64,000 nucleotides of DNA. It comes from Candidatus Heimdallarchaeota archaeon. Its GTDB lineage: Archaea > Asgardarchaeota > Heimdallarchaeia > Heimdallarchaeales > Heimdallarchaeaceae. Of this stretch, positions 1 through 8,508 are shown piece by piece (the first letter of the stretch is position 1; each line of letters starts with the position of its first letter). The stretch is from assembly GCA_021399345.1 (NCBI GenBank), contig JAAFKI010000010.1, positions 19,696 through 83,695 on the forward strand, given 5' to 3'. Under the pieces are notes generated by a model. It was not told the DNA's origin and ran no database searches. It saw only the letters and a program-made list of their open reading frames with translations. A program made the translations under genes and the position numbers.

Positions 1-2
1 TG

Positions 3-449
3 ACTGTACAATTAATTACTAAGAATGCAGATCTTATAAAAAGTCAGGCTGAAGGTTATAGTAGGATTGTTGTAAAAGCTCTAATCAGTAGTTCTTTGGC
101 AATGTGTGTTGCTGGATCATCTAGACCAGGAAGTGGATCTGAACATATGTTTAGTCATGCATTAGATACATTTGCTGAAAAACCAGCCTTACATGGGGAA
201 CAATGTGCTCTAGGAACAATTATGATGGCCTACCTACACGATTTAGATTGGGAAAATATTCGATTAGTTATGAGTAATTTAGGTTTGTCGACAAGAGCAA
301 AAGATTTTGGTTTAAAGGATGAGGAAATTATCCAAGCTCTAAAAATAGCACATACAATCCGTCCTCAGAGATTTACAATTCTAGGAAAGGATGGATTAAC
401 TCATGAGGCGGCTGTTAATACTGCTAGTGTTACAGGAGTGATTAGTTAA
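3..449 (+). CDS. egsA: sn-glycerol-1-phosphate dehydrogenase, C-terminal part (5' end lies outside the window)
   Basis: Frame 3 is open from base 3 (TVQLITKNADLIKSQAEGYSRIVVKALISSSLAM...). The translation carries GSGSEHMFSHALD and ALHGEQCALGT, typical metal-binding His segments of archaeal G1PDH / iron-type alcohol dehydrogenase fold. Confidence 0.75.
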   Translation, partial: TVQLITKNADLIKSQAEGYSRIVVKALISSSLAMCVAGSSRPGSGSEHMFSHALDTFAEKPALHGEQCALGTIMMAYLHDLDWENIRLVMSNLGLSTRAKDFGLKDEEIIQALKIAHTIRPQRFTILGKDGLTHEAAVNTASVTGVIS

Positions 450-498
450 ACATACATTTGAGAATATTAAAAAGGACAATTTCTTAATTTACTTAGAT

Positions 499-936
499 AT
501 GCTGATTTCATTTATACCAAAGGATGTAGCAAAAATAGGCTATCGCTTTATTCATCAAGGTGAAACACAAACTTGTAAAAACTGCCCATTTATTCAAGTT
601 TGCATTGAACAACTTGAAATAGGTTCTTCTTATGAAGTTGTAGATATTAGAGCTAAAGAACATCCCTGTCTGATTGATAATGGTATCATGATTGTCTGTG
701 AGGTACAGAAGATAAGTGACGTAATAGCAATTGAAAAGCAAAAATATTTGGATAACCTAATAACAACTCGTAAACCTATTGATTGTTCAGAGATATTGTG
801 TGAAAATTATGATTTTTGTGTTCCAATAAAATATGCAAAATCTTCAAAAATTAAAATTATTAAGAGTATAAAAAATATCAACTGTCCACTCGGATATAAT
901 CTGGTTTTGGTTGAAGCAAACAAAGTAGATACATAA
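499..936 (+). CDS. UPF0179-family cysteine-rich archaeal protein
   Basis: 145 aa with TCKNCPxxxxC, HPC and a C-terminal DCxxxxCxxxxFCxP...NCPLG cysteine pattern. Size and pattern recall archaeal UPF0179 proteins. Confidence 0.5.
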   Translation: MLISFIPKDVAKIGYRFIHQGETQTCKNCPFIQVCIEQLEIGSSYEVVDIRAKEHPCLIDNGIMIVCEVQKISDVIAIEKQKYLDNLITTRKPIDCSEILCENYDFCVPIKYAKSSKIKIIKSIKNINCPLGYNLVLVEANKVDT

Positions 937-950
937 ATGAATGAATAATT

Positions 951-1646
951 TTATTTCGTCTCAACGTCATAATATTCTATAAAAGAGACCTTATCATACT
1001 TATTAGATATCTCTCCTAAATCTCTTGTAACACCATTTCGAATAAACTGTATATATTCCATGAATCTAGTGTCTTTTGGTAATTCTACTTCAATGATTTT
1101 TCCTTTAATCTCTATTTTTGTCGAAGCAAAATCAACTCCAGGTAATCTTTTTTCGAGTAAGCATATGAACTGCTCTTTAACCTCTGTAACTTTCTTTACA
1201 ATTTCAATTTCATAAATTAAATCCATCCCTGCTAAATCATGATTAAAATCTACTTTTACTCTACTACTTGAAACCTTCAAGATACGCCCAATTTGTCCGC
1301 CAATCTCTGCCTTCATATCTTCCTTTGGTTTGATTTGATGTCTTTGAAACTCTCTTCTTTGAATCAACCTAATCTGAGAGCGATCTCTTAATCCAAATCC
1401 TTTCTTTGCTTCAATTTCAATTGTTTTCTTCTGCCCCTCCTTCATCCCTACTAATTCCTCTTCAAGACCTACAGGTAACCAATTTTTTCCGATTATAAGG
1501 GTAAAAGGTCGATAGACCACCTTCTCATCAAAAACATCTTCTTTTTTTGCTATGTTTTCAAATGTAGTATCAAATACTTTATTGTCTTCTTTTGTTCTCC
1601 CAGTATAATTTATGTTTACCATATCCCCTTGATCAAGAGTTGCCAT
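951..1646 (-). CDS. long-type FKBP peptidyl-prolyl cis-trans isomerase
   Basis: N-terminal GDMVNINYTGR...KVFDTT FKBP core, an insert-in-flap-like segment and a C-terminal extension. The 231 aa size is typical of archaeal long FKBPs. Confidence 0.8.
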   Translation of the reverse strand: MATLDQGDMVNINYTGRTKEDNKVFDTTFENIAKKEDVFDEKVVYRPFTLIIGKNWLPVGLEEELVGMKEGQKKTIEIEAKKGFGLRDRSQIRLIQRREFQRHQIKPKEDMKAEIGGQIGRILKVSSSRVKVDFNHDLAGMDLIYEIEIVKKVTEVKEQFICLLEKRLPGVDFASTKIEIKGKIIEVELPKDTRFMEYIQFIRNGVTRDLGEISNKYDKVSFIEYYDVETK

Positions 1647-1731
1647 AAGTTCACCATTACGATATTATCCAAGTAGAATCTATGTATTTAGCTATATTTA
1701 AAATTCTGCTTTGAAACCTAATATTTTTTGA

Positions 1732-2394
1732 CTATACACTATTCATAAAGGTATTGAATTGAATGTTGCTTGACTCTTCTCCCACTTTTTTAACAAATTC
1801 ATTTAGAATGCTACATTTATCTTCAGCTATATTTTTAGTTATAGGGAAATGCATCCTTGAGGGGAGTTTGAAGAGCTTTTCATCAAAATGAACTAAGGCT
1901 TCTTTAATATTAAGCCCCCTTTCACAGCTGAAGTTGATGGTTCTGTAAAGACCAATTGCTCCTAATGCATCAAGTGCATCAGCATCTTGTAGTATTTTTG
2001 CTTCTACTGTCTTTGGAGCAATGTTTTTGCTGAATCTGTGGGAAAGAATAGCTTCAGTTACATCTTGTTTTAGCTCTGTGAGATTCAATCCATCTAGAAA
2101 TTCAACTGCTTTTTCAGCACTTACTTCTGCGTGACACCTTCCATTTATTTCCTCAATGGGTCTTCCCACATCATGAAAAATAGACGCAATAAGTAATACA
2201 TCCAAATGTGCTTCAAGTTTAGGTGCTAGTTCTAAACACGTATTTGTGACTCGGATTATGTGATCAAATGAATGTGACATTTTGTTCTCATAAAGCTGAA
2301 ATTGATTTTTAACATACTCATGTGCCTTTTGAAGTACTTCCTTCAATTCTGCTAAATTGGATAAAAACTTAAGCTTACAATTTTTTTGTTTCAT
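1732..2394 (-). CDS. HD-domain metal-dependent phosphohydrolase
   Basis: H...HD signature (HSFDHIIRV ... LLIASIFHDVGRP ... DADALDA). Confidence 0.75.
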   Translation of the reverse strand: MKQKNCKLKFLSNLAELKEVLQKAHEYVKNQFQLYENKMSHSFDHIIRVTNTCLELAPKLEAHLDVLLIASIFHDVGRPIEEINGRCHAEVSAEKAVEFLDGLNLTELKQDVTEAILSHRFSKNIAPKTVEAKILQDADALDALGAIGLYRTINFSCERGLNIKEALVHFDEKLFKLPSRMHFPITKNIAEDKCSILNEFVKKVGEESSNIQFNTFMNSV

Positions 2395-2399
2395 TTTTT

Positions 2400-3047
2400 C
2401 TACATCTCATATAAATTGTATATTTTTCCTTCTATTTTGAAATCTGGATCAACCTCTATAATCGCAAAATTACCTGTTGTGACAGGGCCAGGATTAACCA
2501 CAGTACATTCATTTAATTTAGTTATAGTAGGTGAATTATGAATGTGTCCTGATACAACTAAAAATATGTGAGAATTTTTTTCAACAAATTTTCTCAATTC
2601 AATCGAACCAATATGTCGATTCAACGAAACCATGTCTGCTTGTGTATTGTAGGGCGGCACATGTGTAAGAAGGCAAACTCTATCTTTTGATTTTTTCAAC
2701 TTATTTAACAATTTTTGTTTTAGTTTTGGTTTATGCGTTCCAAAGCCTATAATTTTAAAGAAATCAACTTCTTGAATTTTTGATTCTACATTAATTGCTT
2801 TTGTTTCAAGTTCTTCGATTCTAGCATAAGGATCACAATTTCCAATTACAAAAAAAACTTTGTTGAAATGATCAGTAACTGTTTCTAAGATTCGATTCAT
2901 ATCTGTGGTTGTGCCAAAATTAGTTATATCTCCAGCAATTAAGCAATATGTTGGTGGTTGTTTGAGATTTTTAACTGAGTTAAGAATGTTAAGTAAAGTG
3001 ATATTTTGGCTATGGATGTCTGACAAAATTAGCATTTTAACTTTCAA
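2400..3047 (-). CDS. calcineurin-like metallophosphoesterase
   Basis: Motifs SDIHS, GDITNFG, GNCD, GHIH. The track start is TTG at 3047, preceded by AGGTGAT. An alternative ATG lies at 3035 (MLILSDIHS). Confidence 0.75.
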   Translation of the reverse strand: MKVKMLILSDIHSQNITLLNILNSVKNLKQPPTYCLIAGDITNFGTTTDMNRILETVTDHFNKVFFVIGNCDPYARIEELETKAINVESKIQEVDFFKIIGFGTHKPKLKQKLLNKLKKSKDRVCLLTHVPPYNTQADMVSLNRHIGSIELRKFVEKNSHIFLVVSGHIHNSPTITKLNECTVVNPGPVTTGNFAIIEVDPDFKIEGKIYNLYEM

Positions 3048-3058
3048 GATATCACCTA

Positions 3059-3682
3059 TTAATCTAATTCAAGAAAAGTAAATACTCCTGTGTATTGGAA
3101 ATTCTCTTTTTCTGTATTGAATTCCCAAAGCTCAAATACAATCTTGAAGGAGTTAGGATTAGTGAGTTTACTTAAAACTTCGGAATTTACATATAATACA
3201 AGTTCAGTTGGTTCCCAGATGTAGTCTCCAGCAAATAATCCAGTTTCTTTTTTTTCCACGTTTGTAGCAGGTGATAAGATTTTTTCAAATGTATCATTTG
3301 GATAGAGAAAAAAGGATGATATTGCAGAAATTGGTTGCTGTGAACTAACGTTTTGAGTAAGTTCTACTACCTTTATTTGCAATTGATAATATTTTACACT
3401 ATTCTCGAAATTTTTAACCATAAAATAGACCGAAACATTTTCATAAGAATAGATTTGTGTCGGATAATTGTTCGCTTCAAAATTTTCAGTCAAATCATTA
3501 TACATAAGAAGAGATAACTCTGAGAATCCATCTGGTTTTTTTTGGAAAAATACACTCGATGAAATTCCAATTACAGATGCAACAACAACAAGAATGATTG
3601 ACAATGATATTATCCTATTTATTTGGGACTGGGTGAGTTTAGAATTGACCTTCTTAATCAAGCTCTTTTTCTCTTTTGTCAT
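3059..3682 (-). CDS. N-terminally membrane-anchored extracellular protein, DUF1616-like C-terminal domain
   Basis: Single N-terminal TM (IISLSIILVVVASVIGI). It is followed by FSELSLL...NYPTQIYSYENVSVYFMVKNFENSVKYYQLQIKV, a pattern recalled from the soluble part of archaeal DUF1616 proteins. 4-bp overlap with the upstream gene. Confidence 0.45.
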   Translation of the reverse strand: MTKEKKSLIKKVNSKLTQSQINRIISLSIILVVVASVIGISSSVFFQKKPDGFSELSLLMYNDLTENFEANNYPTQIYSYENVSVYFMVKNFENSVKYYQLQIKVVELTQNVSSQQPISAISSFFLYPNDTFEKILSPATNVEKKETGLFAGDYIWEPTELVLYVNSEVLSKLTNPNSFKIVFELWEFNTEKENFQYTGVFTFLELD

Positions 3683-4203
3683 TTCACATCCCCTTTAGAA
3701 TTATTATAACTAATCTCAAGCTTACTGTATTCTTCAATTTTCTTCTTCTCGTACCAAGGATATATTTTACTAATGAAGAGAAAACTAAACATTATTGCCC
3801 CTAAACCAGCCAGAACACCCACAAGTGAAAAAATAATTATCTTGTTCTGAGTCTTACTTTGAATTTTAGAATCGATTTCTCCAATAATAGAATCAAGTTG
3901 TAGAATCGCTTCGGTTGCTTTTTGATAAGAAATTGTAAAGTTACTACTTGCATAGTTATCCTTAGCATCTTTGATCAATTGTCGTGCATCATCAGCTTGC
4001 AATATCAAATTGCGAATATCTTCATCATAATTGGAGATTTCTTCAAGTAGTTCCAAAACATAAGTAAGTTTTTCATCCGCTTCTTGAATGGCTACAGATG
4101 CCTCTTGTTCAGCTTGGCTTTGAGCAATTGGTATTTGATTATGCAATACTGTAGTGATACCGAATACACACAGAATCAAAATGAATTTTTGATACCTCTT
4201 CAT
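3679..4203 (-). CDS. secreted coiled-coil protein with C-terminal TM helix (hypothetical)
   Basis: Signal-peptide-like N-terminus (FILILCVFGITTVL), a helical middle and a TM near the C-terminus. Translationally coupled on both sides by 4-bp overlaps. Confidence 0.5.
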   Translation of the reverse strand: MKRYQKFILILCVFGITTVLHNQIPIAQSQAEQEASVAIQEADEKLTYVLELLEEISNYDEDIRNLILQADDARQLIKDAKDNYASSNFTISYQKATEAILQLDSIIGEIDSKIQSKTQNKIIIFSLVGVLAGLGAIMFSFLFISKIYPWYEKKKIEEYSKLEISYNNSKGDVK

Positions 4204-4862
4204 TTTGTATCACCTCTTTTGAAAATGTTGAATCTAGACAATGAAATATTGAACTCTAATTTCCCCGCACCTATTAGAATGCGTAATAGAGCAGTTAAGA
4301 ATAAGATAAAAACTGTAAGAGATCCAATTATTATAACAAACGAAGGTGTTTCCATAACCCATATCTGATTTAGTATCAACCCTGAAAAAACCATTATTCC
4401 AATATTAATTCCTAAAGATATCAAAATCCGCTCATATTGATCAATTGCTTCATATAATCTTGGAAAGATAAGATTAGTCATTGTCCAACCTGGTATCAAA
4501 ACTCCAAATATTCCTCCTATTATAACTCTTAAAAACAACAAAGGTGAGGTTTCTGGAATTAGAAGTACTGTAATAAAGAAAAGAATGCAAAGACCTAAAA
4601 TAAGCCAAAATTCGACAGAAAAATAATGCAACTTAAACAAAAAATCTGGTATAGTTTTAGGTAATTTTCTAGTAATTTTAGGTGAACCTAGGTGAATAGC
4701 GTTTCTTTTTTCCAAGTCTTTAATTGTTTGATAGACTTGTTTTTCATTTGCTTCTGTAAGTTCTAATGTCCTTTGAATAAGCTTTCTTACAGTTTTAGGT
4801 TTTTCTTCTGTAAGAATTTTTTGAATTGATTTTTCAACACTGAAACTTCTGCTGTTATTCAT
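4200..4862 (-). CDS. winged-helix plus polytopic membrane protein (DUF1616 N-terminal-like)
   Basis: N-terminal wHTH-like segment (KPKTVRKLIQRTLELTEANEKQVYQTIKDLEKRNAI) followed by about 4 TM helices. ATG at 4862 is preferred over the TTG at 4874 given by the track. Confidence 0.5.
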   Translation of the reverse strand: MNNSRSFSVEKSIQKILTEEKPKTVRKLIQRTLELTEANEKQVYQTIKDLEKRNAIHLGSPKITRKLPKTIPDFLFKLHYFSVEFWLILGLCILFFITVLLIPETSPLLFLRVIIGGIFGVLIPGWTMTNLIFPRLYEAIDQYERILISLGINIGIMVFSGLILNQIWVMETPSFVIIIGSLTVFILFLTALLRILIGAGKLEFNISLSRFNIFKRGDTK

Positions 4863-4885
4863 GCTTTCGAACAACAGAAGTAAAA

Positions 4886-4925
4886 GAATAAAAAAAGTTT
4901 TTGAATCGAAAAGAAAAAAAGAATG
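4886..4925 (-). terminator. oligo-T terminator candidate downstream of metK
   Basis: On the minus strand there are two T7 runs (complement of A-runs at 4914-4920 and 4890-4896) directly after the metK stop. Archaeal termination typically uses oligo-T tracts. Confidence 0.35.
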
Positions 4926-4933
4926 GGTGTTTA

Positions 4934-6100
4934 TTAAAGATTTACTTCTCTTTTTAACTCATTAATCTTGTCTGTTTTTTCCCAAGTAAATTCTGGTAAG
5001 TTTCTACCAAAATGACCATAACAAGAAGTTTTCCTGTAAATCGGTCTTTTCAGTTTAAGGTGCTCAATTATTAAGCCAGGCTTGAAATCAAATATCTTCA
5101 GAATTGCTTTTTTTAATTTCTTTATATCTACCTTCTCAGTTCCAAAGCATTCAACATTAACAGCTAATGGATTTGGTTCTCCAATGGCATAGGCTACTTG
5201 TATTTCACATTTATCTGCTAATCCTGATGCAACAACATTTTTAGCTGTGTATCTAGCTGCATAAGATGCAGAACGATCTACTTTGGAAGGATCTTTTCCT
5301 GAAAATGCTCCTCCCCCATGGGAATCTACTCCTCCATATGTGTCTACAATAATTTTTCTACCAGTTAATCCTGCATCACCATGAGGCCCACCGGTTACAA
5401 AACGACCTGTTCGGTTGATGATAATCTTAGTTCTATCATCTAGTAATTCTTTTGATACAACCTTTTCTATTACTTCTTTTTGAATACCTGCTTTGATTTC
5501 GTCAATAGTGGTTTCTTCAATATGTTGTGCTGCAATAACAATAGCTTCTATTCTAAAAGGAATATCATTCTTATACTCTACCGCAACCAAAGATTTTCCA
5601 TCAGGTCTTAAAAAAGTTAAAATCCCTTTCTTCCTAACTTCAGTTAATCTTTGTGTTAGCTTGTGTGCTAGAACTATGGGTAAGGGCATGTATTCAGGCG
5701 TTTCATTTGTAGCGTATCCATACATGATCCCCTGATCTCCTGCGCCCTGTTCTTCTTGTTCCTCTGTTCTAACTCCTATAGCTATGTCAGGTGATTGTGA
5801 GTGTATAGTGTTAATGACTGCACATCCCCTATAATCAAAACCAATACTAGAATCATCATAACCTATTTCCTTGATTGTATTTCTGACAATCTTTTCATAG
5901 TTCAAGATTATAGGTTTAGTAGTGGTTATCTCCCCACCAATTAGAACTAATCCAGTTGTTACAAAACATTCACATGCAACATGAGCATCTGGATCTTCAG
6001 CCAAAATGGCGTCTAAAATGGTGTCTGAAATTTGGTCACATATTTTGTCGGGGTGACCTTCTGTTACTGATTCTGAGGCAACAATCTTGTAGGAATCCAA
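4934..6100 (-). CDS. metK: S-adenosylmethionine synthetase, bacterial/eukaryotic (class I MetK) type
   Basis: GHPDKICDQISD, GAGDQGIMYGYA and GGGAFSGKDPSKVDRS motifs. TTG start at 6100 with GGAG 10 nt upstream. Confidence 0.95.
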   Translation of the reverse strand: MDSYKIVASESVTEGHPDKICDQISDTILDAILAEDPDAHVACECFVTTGLVLIGGEITTTKPIILNYEKIVRNTIKEIGYDDSSIGFDYRGCAVINTIHSQSPDIAIGVRTEEQEEQGAGDQGIMYGYATNETPEYMPLPIVLAHKLTQRLTEVRKKGILTFLRPDGKSLVAVEYKNDIPFRIEAIVIAAQHIEETTIDEIKAGIQKEVIEKVVSKELLDDRTKIIINRTGRFVTGGPHGDAGLTGRKIIVDTYGGVDSHGGGAFSGKDPSKVDRSASYAARYTAKNVVASGLADKCEIQVAYAIGEPNPLAVNVECFGTEKVDIKKLKKAILKIFDFKPGLIIEHLKLKRPIYRKTSCYGHFGRNLPEFTWEKTDKINELKREVNL

Positions 6101-6213
6101 TTTCTCATCTCTCCAAAATAACTTATAAAATGAAACTTACTTTCACTTTTTAATGCTTGTTATAAGAAAGTAATGTTGTTCTGAACAAAATCATAAGAAA
6201 TTAAGCAATGCTT

Positions 6214-6867
6214 TTACTCAATTCCCGAACTAATTTGTATTTCATTTAACATATCTAATATTTCTTCCTTGCTTGGAATATCTTCAGGATTACTGCTTTT
6301 AGAGGCAAAAATTAATTTTGTAGATAATTGTTCGATTTCACGAAGTAGCATTGGGTTATGACCTTTTTCCAATAGAGCATCTCTAATTTCTATTAACTGA
6401 TTAGAAATCTTGAGAAGTTCTTGAGAAATATCCACACTCTCGCTTATGAGATGTCTAATTAAACCAAATCCGTCATTTACTGTAGATATCTGAGGATGTA
6501 AAGTTGAATTTAGATGTTGAGCAATCTGACGAATGATTTGATTCTCTAAATCTCCTTTTTTTGTTTCAGCTTCCTTATATTTTTTCCCAAAAACGACATT
6601 AGAAAGGTGTTTTAGCGTATTTTCAAAAACATCTTGTGATTGTAATTCGGGAATTAAATGTATGAGTTGTGTTTTGACCAAAACCCGTCTCTCATTTTTT
6701 AGCAAATAATTATATTCATCTTTTGTTAGTTTTTCATCAGCTACGAGCTTTTTGACATCCTCTCTAAATGTTTGTCTATTTCCCCTGCCATTCCAATATG
6801 ACATCTCGATGTGTTCCCGTAACTTAAGTACAATTTCATCCAGTGTAGATGTTTTGGTTGCATCCAT
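6214..6867 (-). CDS. hypothetical all-helical protein
   Basis: Clean 217-aa ORF with no competing frame. I recognise no motif. Confidence 0.5.
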   Translation of the reverse strand: MDATKTSTLDEIVLKLREHIEMSYWNGRGNRQTFREDVKKLVADEKLTKDEYNYLLKNERRVLVKTQLIHLIPELQSQDVFENTLKHLSNVVFGKKYKEAETKKGDLENQIIRQIAQHLNSTLHPQISTVNDGFGLIRHLISESVDISQELLKISNQLIEIRDALLEKGHNPMLLREIEQLSTKLIFASKSSNPEDIPSKEEILDMLNEIQISSGIE

Positions 6868-6993
6868 GTTTTATGTACTTGTTTTATATGTTAATAAGAA
6901 TTTCTTAAGCTGAAAAGACAAATCTCGGCTTCGAAGATAAATTTATGAGCAGTGCACAACAAATATCAATAACTTATTTACTCGTTCATAGAG

Positions 6994-7725
6994 ATGACAG
7001 ACACTGTTGGTATATTATTCTGTGGAGGAGAAGGTACCCGAATGAGACCTTTAACTTACTATATGCAGAAGGTTATGATGCCTATTGGGGAAGATCAAGT
7101 TCCTATTCTAGAGTATGTGCTTAAACATTTCAAGAAACATGGTATTAACGATATAATTTTACTGGTGAATTACAAAAAAGAGCAGATACAAGGATACTTT
7201 GGAGATGGTGAGAAACTGGGGATGAATTTGATATATGTTCCTGATAAACCAGGACCTGTGGGAACAGGTACTGCTTTACTCAATGCTCAGGAATATATTA
7301 GGGAGAGAAAAATGATAATTTATTATTCTGATATTATAACCAATGTAAATTTCTCTGAGATGATAAATTATCACATCAATCATGGAAAATGGGCAACCAT
7401 TTTAGCATCTAGGGGTTGGAAAATACGCGTTGGAACTGCTGAAGTTGATACTTCTAATAAAGTTAAAAAATTTGTGGAAAAACCCCAAATACCTTTACTG
7501 GTTAACACTGGAATTAGTATTTTGGATCCAATTGTATTCAATTATCTCAATGAGTTTGATTCCAGTACAAGCATTGATTTATCAAAAGACATATTTCCAA
7601 AGTTTGTAGAAAATGAGCAGATGTACGCTTATATTCCAGATGATGTGTATTGGGAAGATATTGGTTCTATTGAACGTTATGAAAAACTAGATGGCGAATT
7701 TATTACTGGAGTAATGCGAAAATAG
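6994..7725 (+). CDS. sugar-1-phosphate nucleotidylyltransferase
   Basis: N-terminal GGEGTRMRPLT signature of NTP-sugar transferases. 243 aa. Confidence 0.8.
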   Translation: MTDTVGILFCGGEGTRMRPLTYYMQKVMMPIGEDQVPILEYVLKHFKKHGINDIILLVNYKKEQIQGYFGDGEKLGMNLIYVPDKPGPVGTGTALLNAQEYIRERKMIIYYSDIITNVNFSEMINYHINHGKWATILASRGWKIRVGTAEVDTSNKVKKFVEKPQIPLLVNTGISILDPIVFNYLNEFDSSTSIDLSKDIFPKFVENEQMYAYIPDDVYWEDIGSIERYEKLDGEFITGVMRK

Positions 7726-7793
7726 TAATATTTACATTTTAATTTGAAATCTTAAAGGAAACATTATTATTGATTTGTTAAAAAGGGACTATA

Positions 7794-8186
7794 ATGAAAC
7801 ATAGATTAATGGATTTATTGGCGTGTCCAATTGATAAATCATGGCCTTTGAAATTGGAAATTGCAGAGGAAGTAAAGACATTAGAGAAAATTACAATCCC
7901 TATGCAAAATGAACAAACTGAAGTTGTTTGTAACTATTATTGCAATTTTCTTCAATTCCAACTTGTAGAAGTAAGTGATAATGGGGAAGAAAGTATAAAG
8001 GAAATCGATGAAATCAAAAAACATGTGTCGCTAAAGGATTGTCAAGAATGTTTCAAAATTGAAATTCAAAGTGGGAAGCTATATTGTTCTCATGACGAAA
8101 ATCATCAATTTGATATAAAAGAAAGTATTCCAGTTATGCTTACTGAACAACAACTCAAGGAAATTTACGGGAGAAAAAGAAAATAA
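7794..8186 (+). CDS. Trm112-like methyltransferase activator with long central insertion
   Basis: N-terminal LMDLLACP and C-terminal GKLYCSxxxxxQFDIKESIPVML halves of the Trm112/UPF0434 fold. They are separated by about 70 aa carrying extra Cys pairs (CNYYC, CQEC). Confidence 0.6.
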   Translation: MKHRLMDLLACPIDKSWPLKLEIAEEVKTLEKITIPMQNEQTEVVCNYYCNFLQFQLVEVSDNGEESIKEIDEIKKHVSLKDCQECFKIEIQSGKLYCSHDENHQFDIKESIPVMLTEQQLKEIYGRKRK

Positions 8187-8207
8187 TTTTTGAAATCATC
8201 CACTCTT

Positions 8208-8495
8208 CTATGTTTTTTCCTTTGAATCAGTTTCTATTTCTTTGTTCTTCTTATTGTCTGTTTTATATGTGTGCCAAATAAAATACACTATTTCAATAAG
8301 AATACCCGTCGCTAGTAAGACATTAATTATAACTATCTTTGCTCTAAAACTTTCAAAATCAAAGAGAAATTTTTGTACAGACAAGAATATTCCATAGGCT
8401 ACAACAATCAGTAAAATCATTGTAAGTTGAATACCTGCGGCCCTATCAATTTTGTTTATCAGTTTCTTAGCTTTTGTCACTTTCTTATTTGGCAT
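8208..8495 (-). CDS. small two-TM membrane protein (hypothetical)
   Basis: 95 aa with two hydrophobic helices and Lys-rich termini. It lies 13 bp downstream of mutL on the same strand. Confidence 0.45.
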   Translation of the reverse strand: MPNKKVTKAKKLINKIDRAAGIQLTMILLIVVAYGIFLSVQKFLFDFESFRAKIVIINVLLATGILIEIVYFIWHTYKTDNKKNKEIETDSKEKT

Positions 8496-8508
8496 TTTTT
8501 CACCTGTC

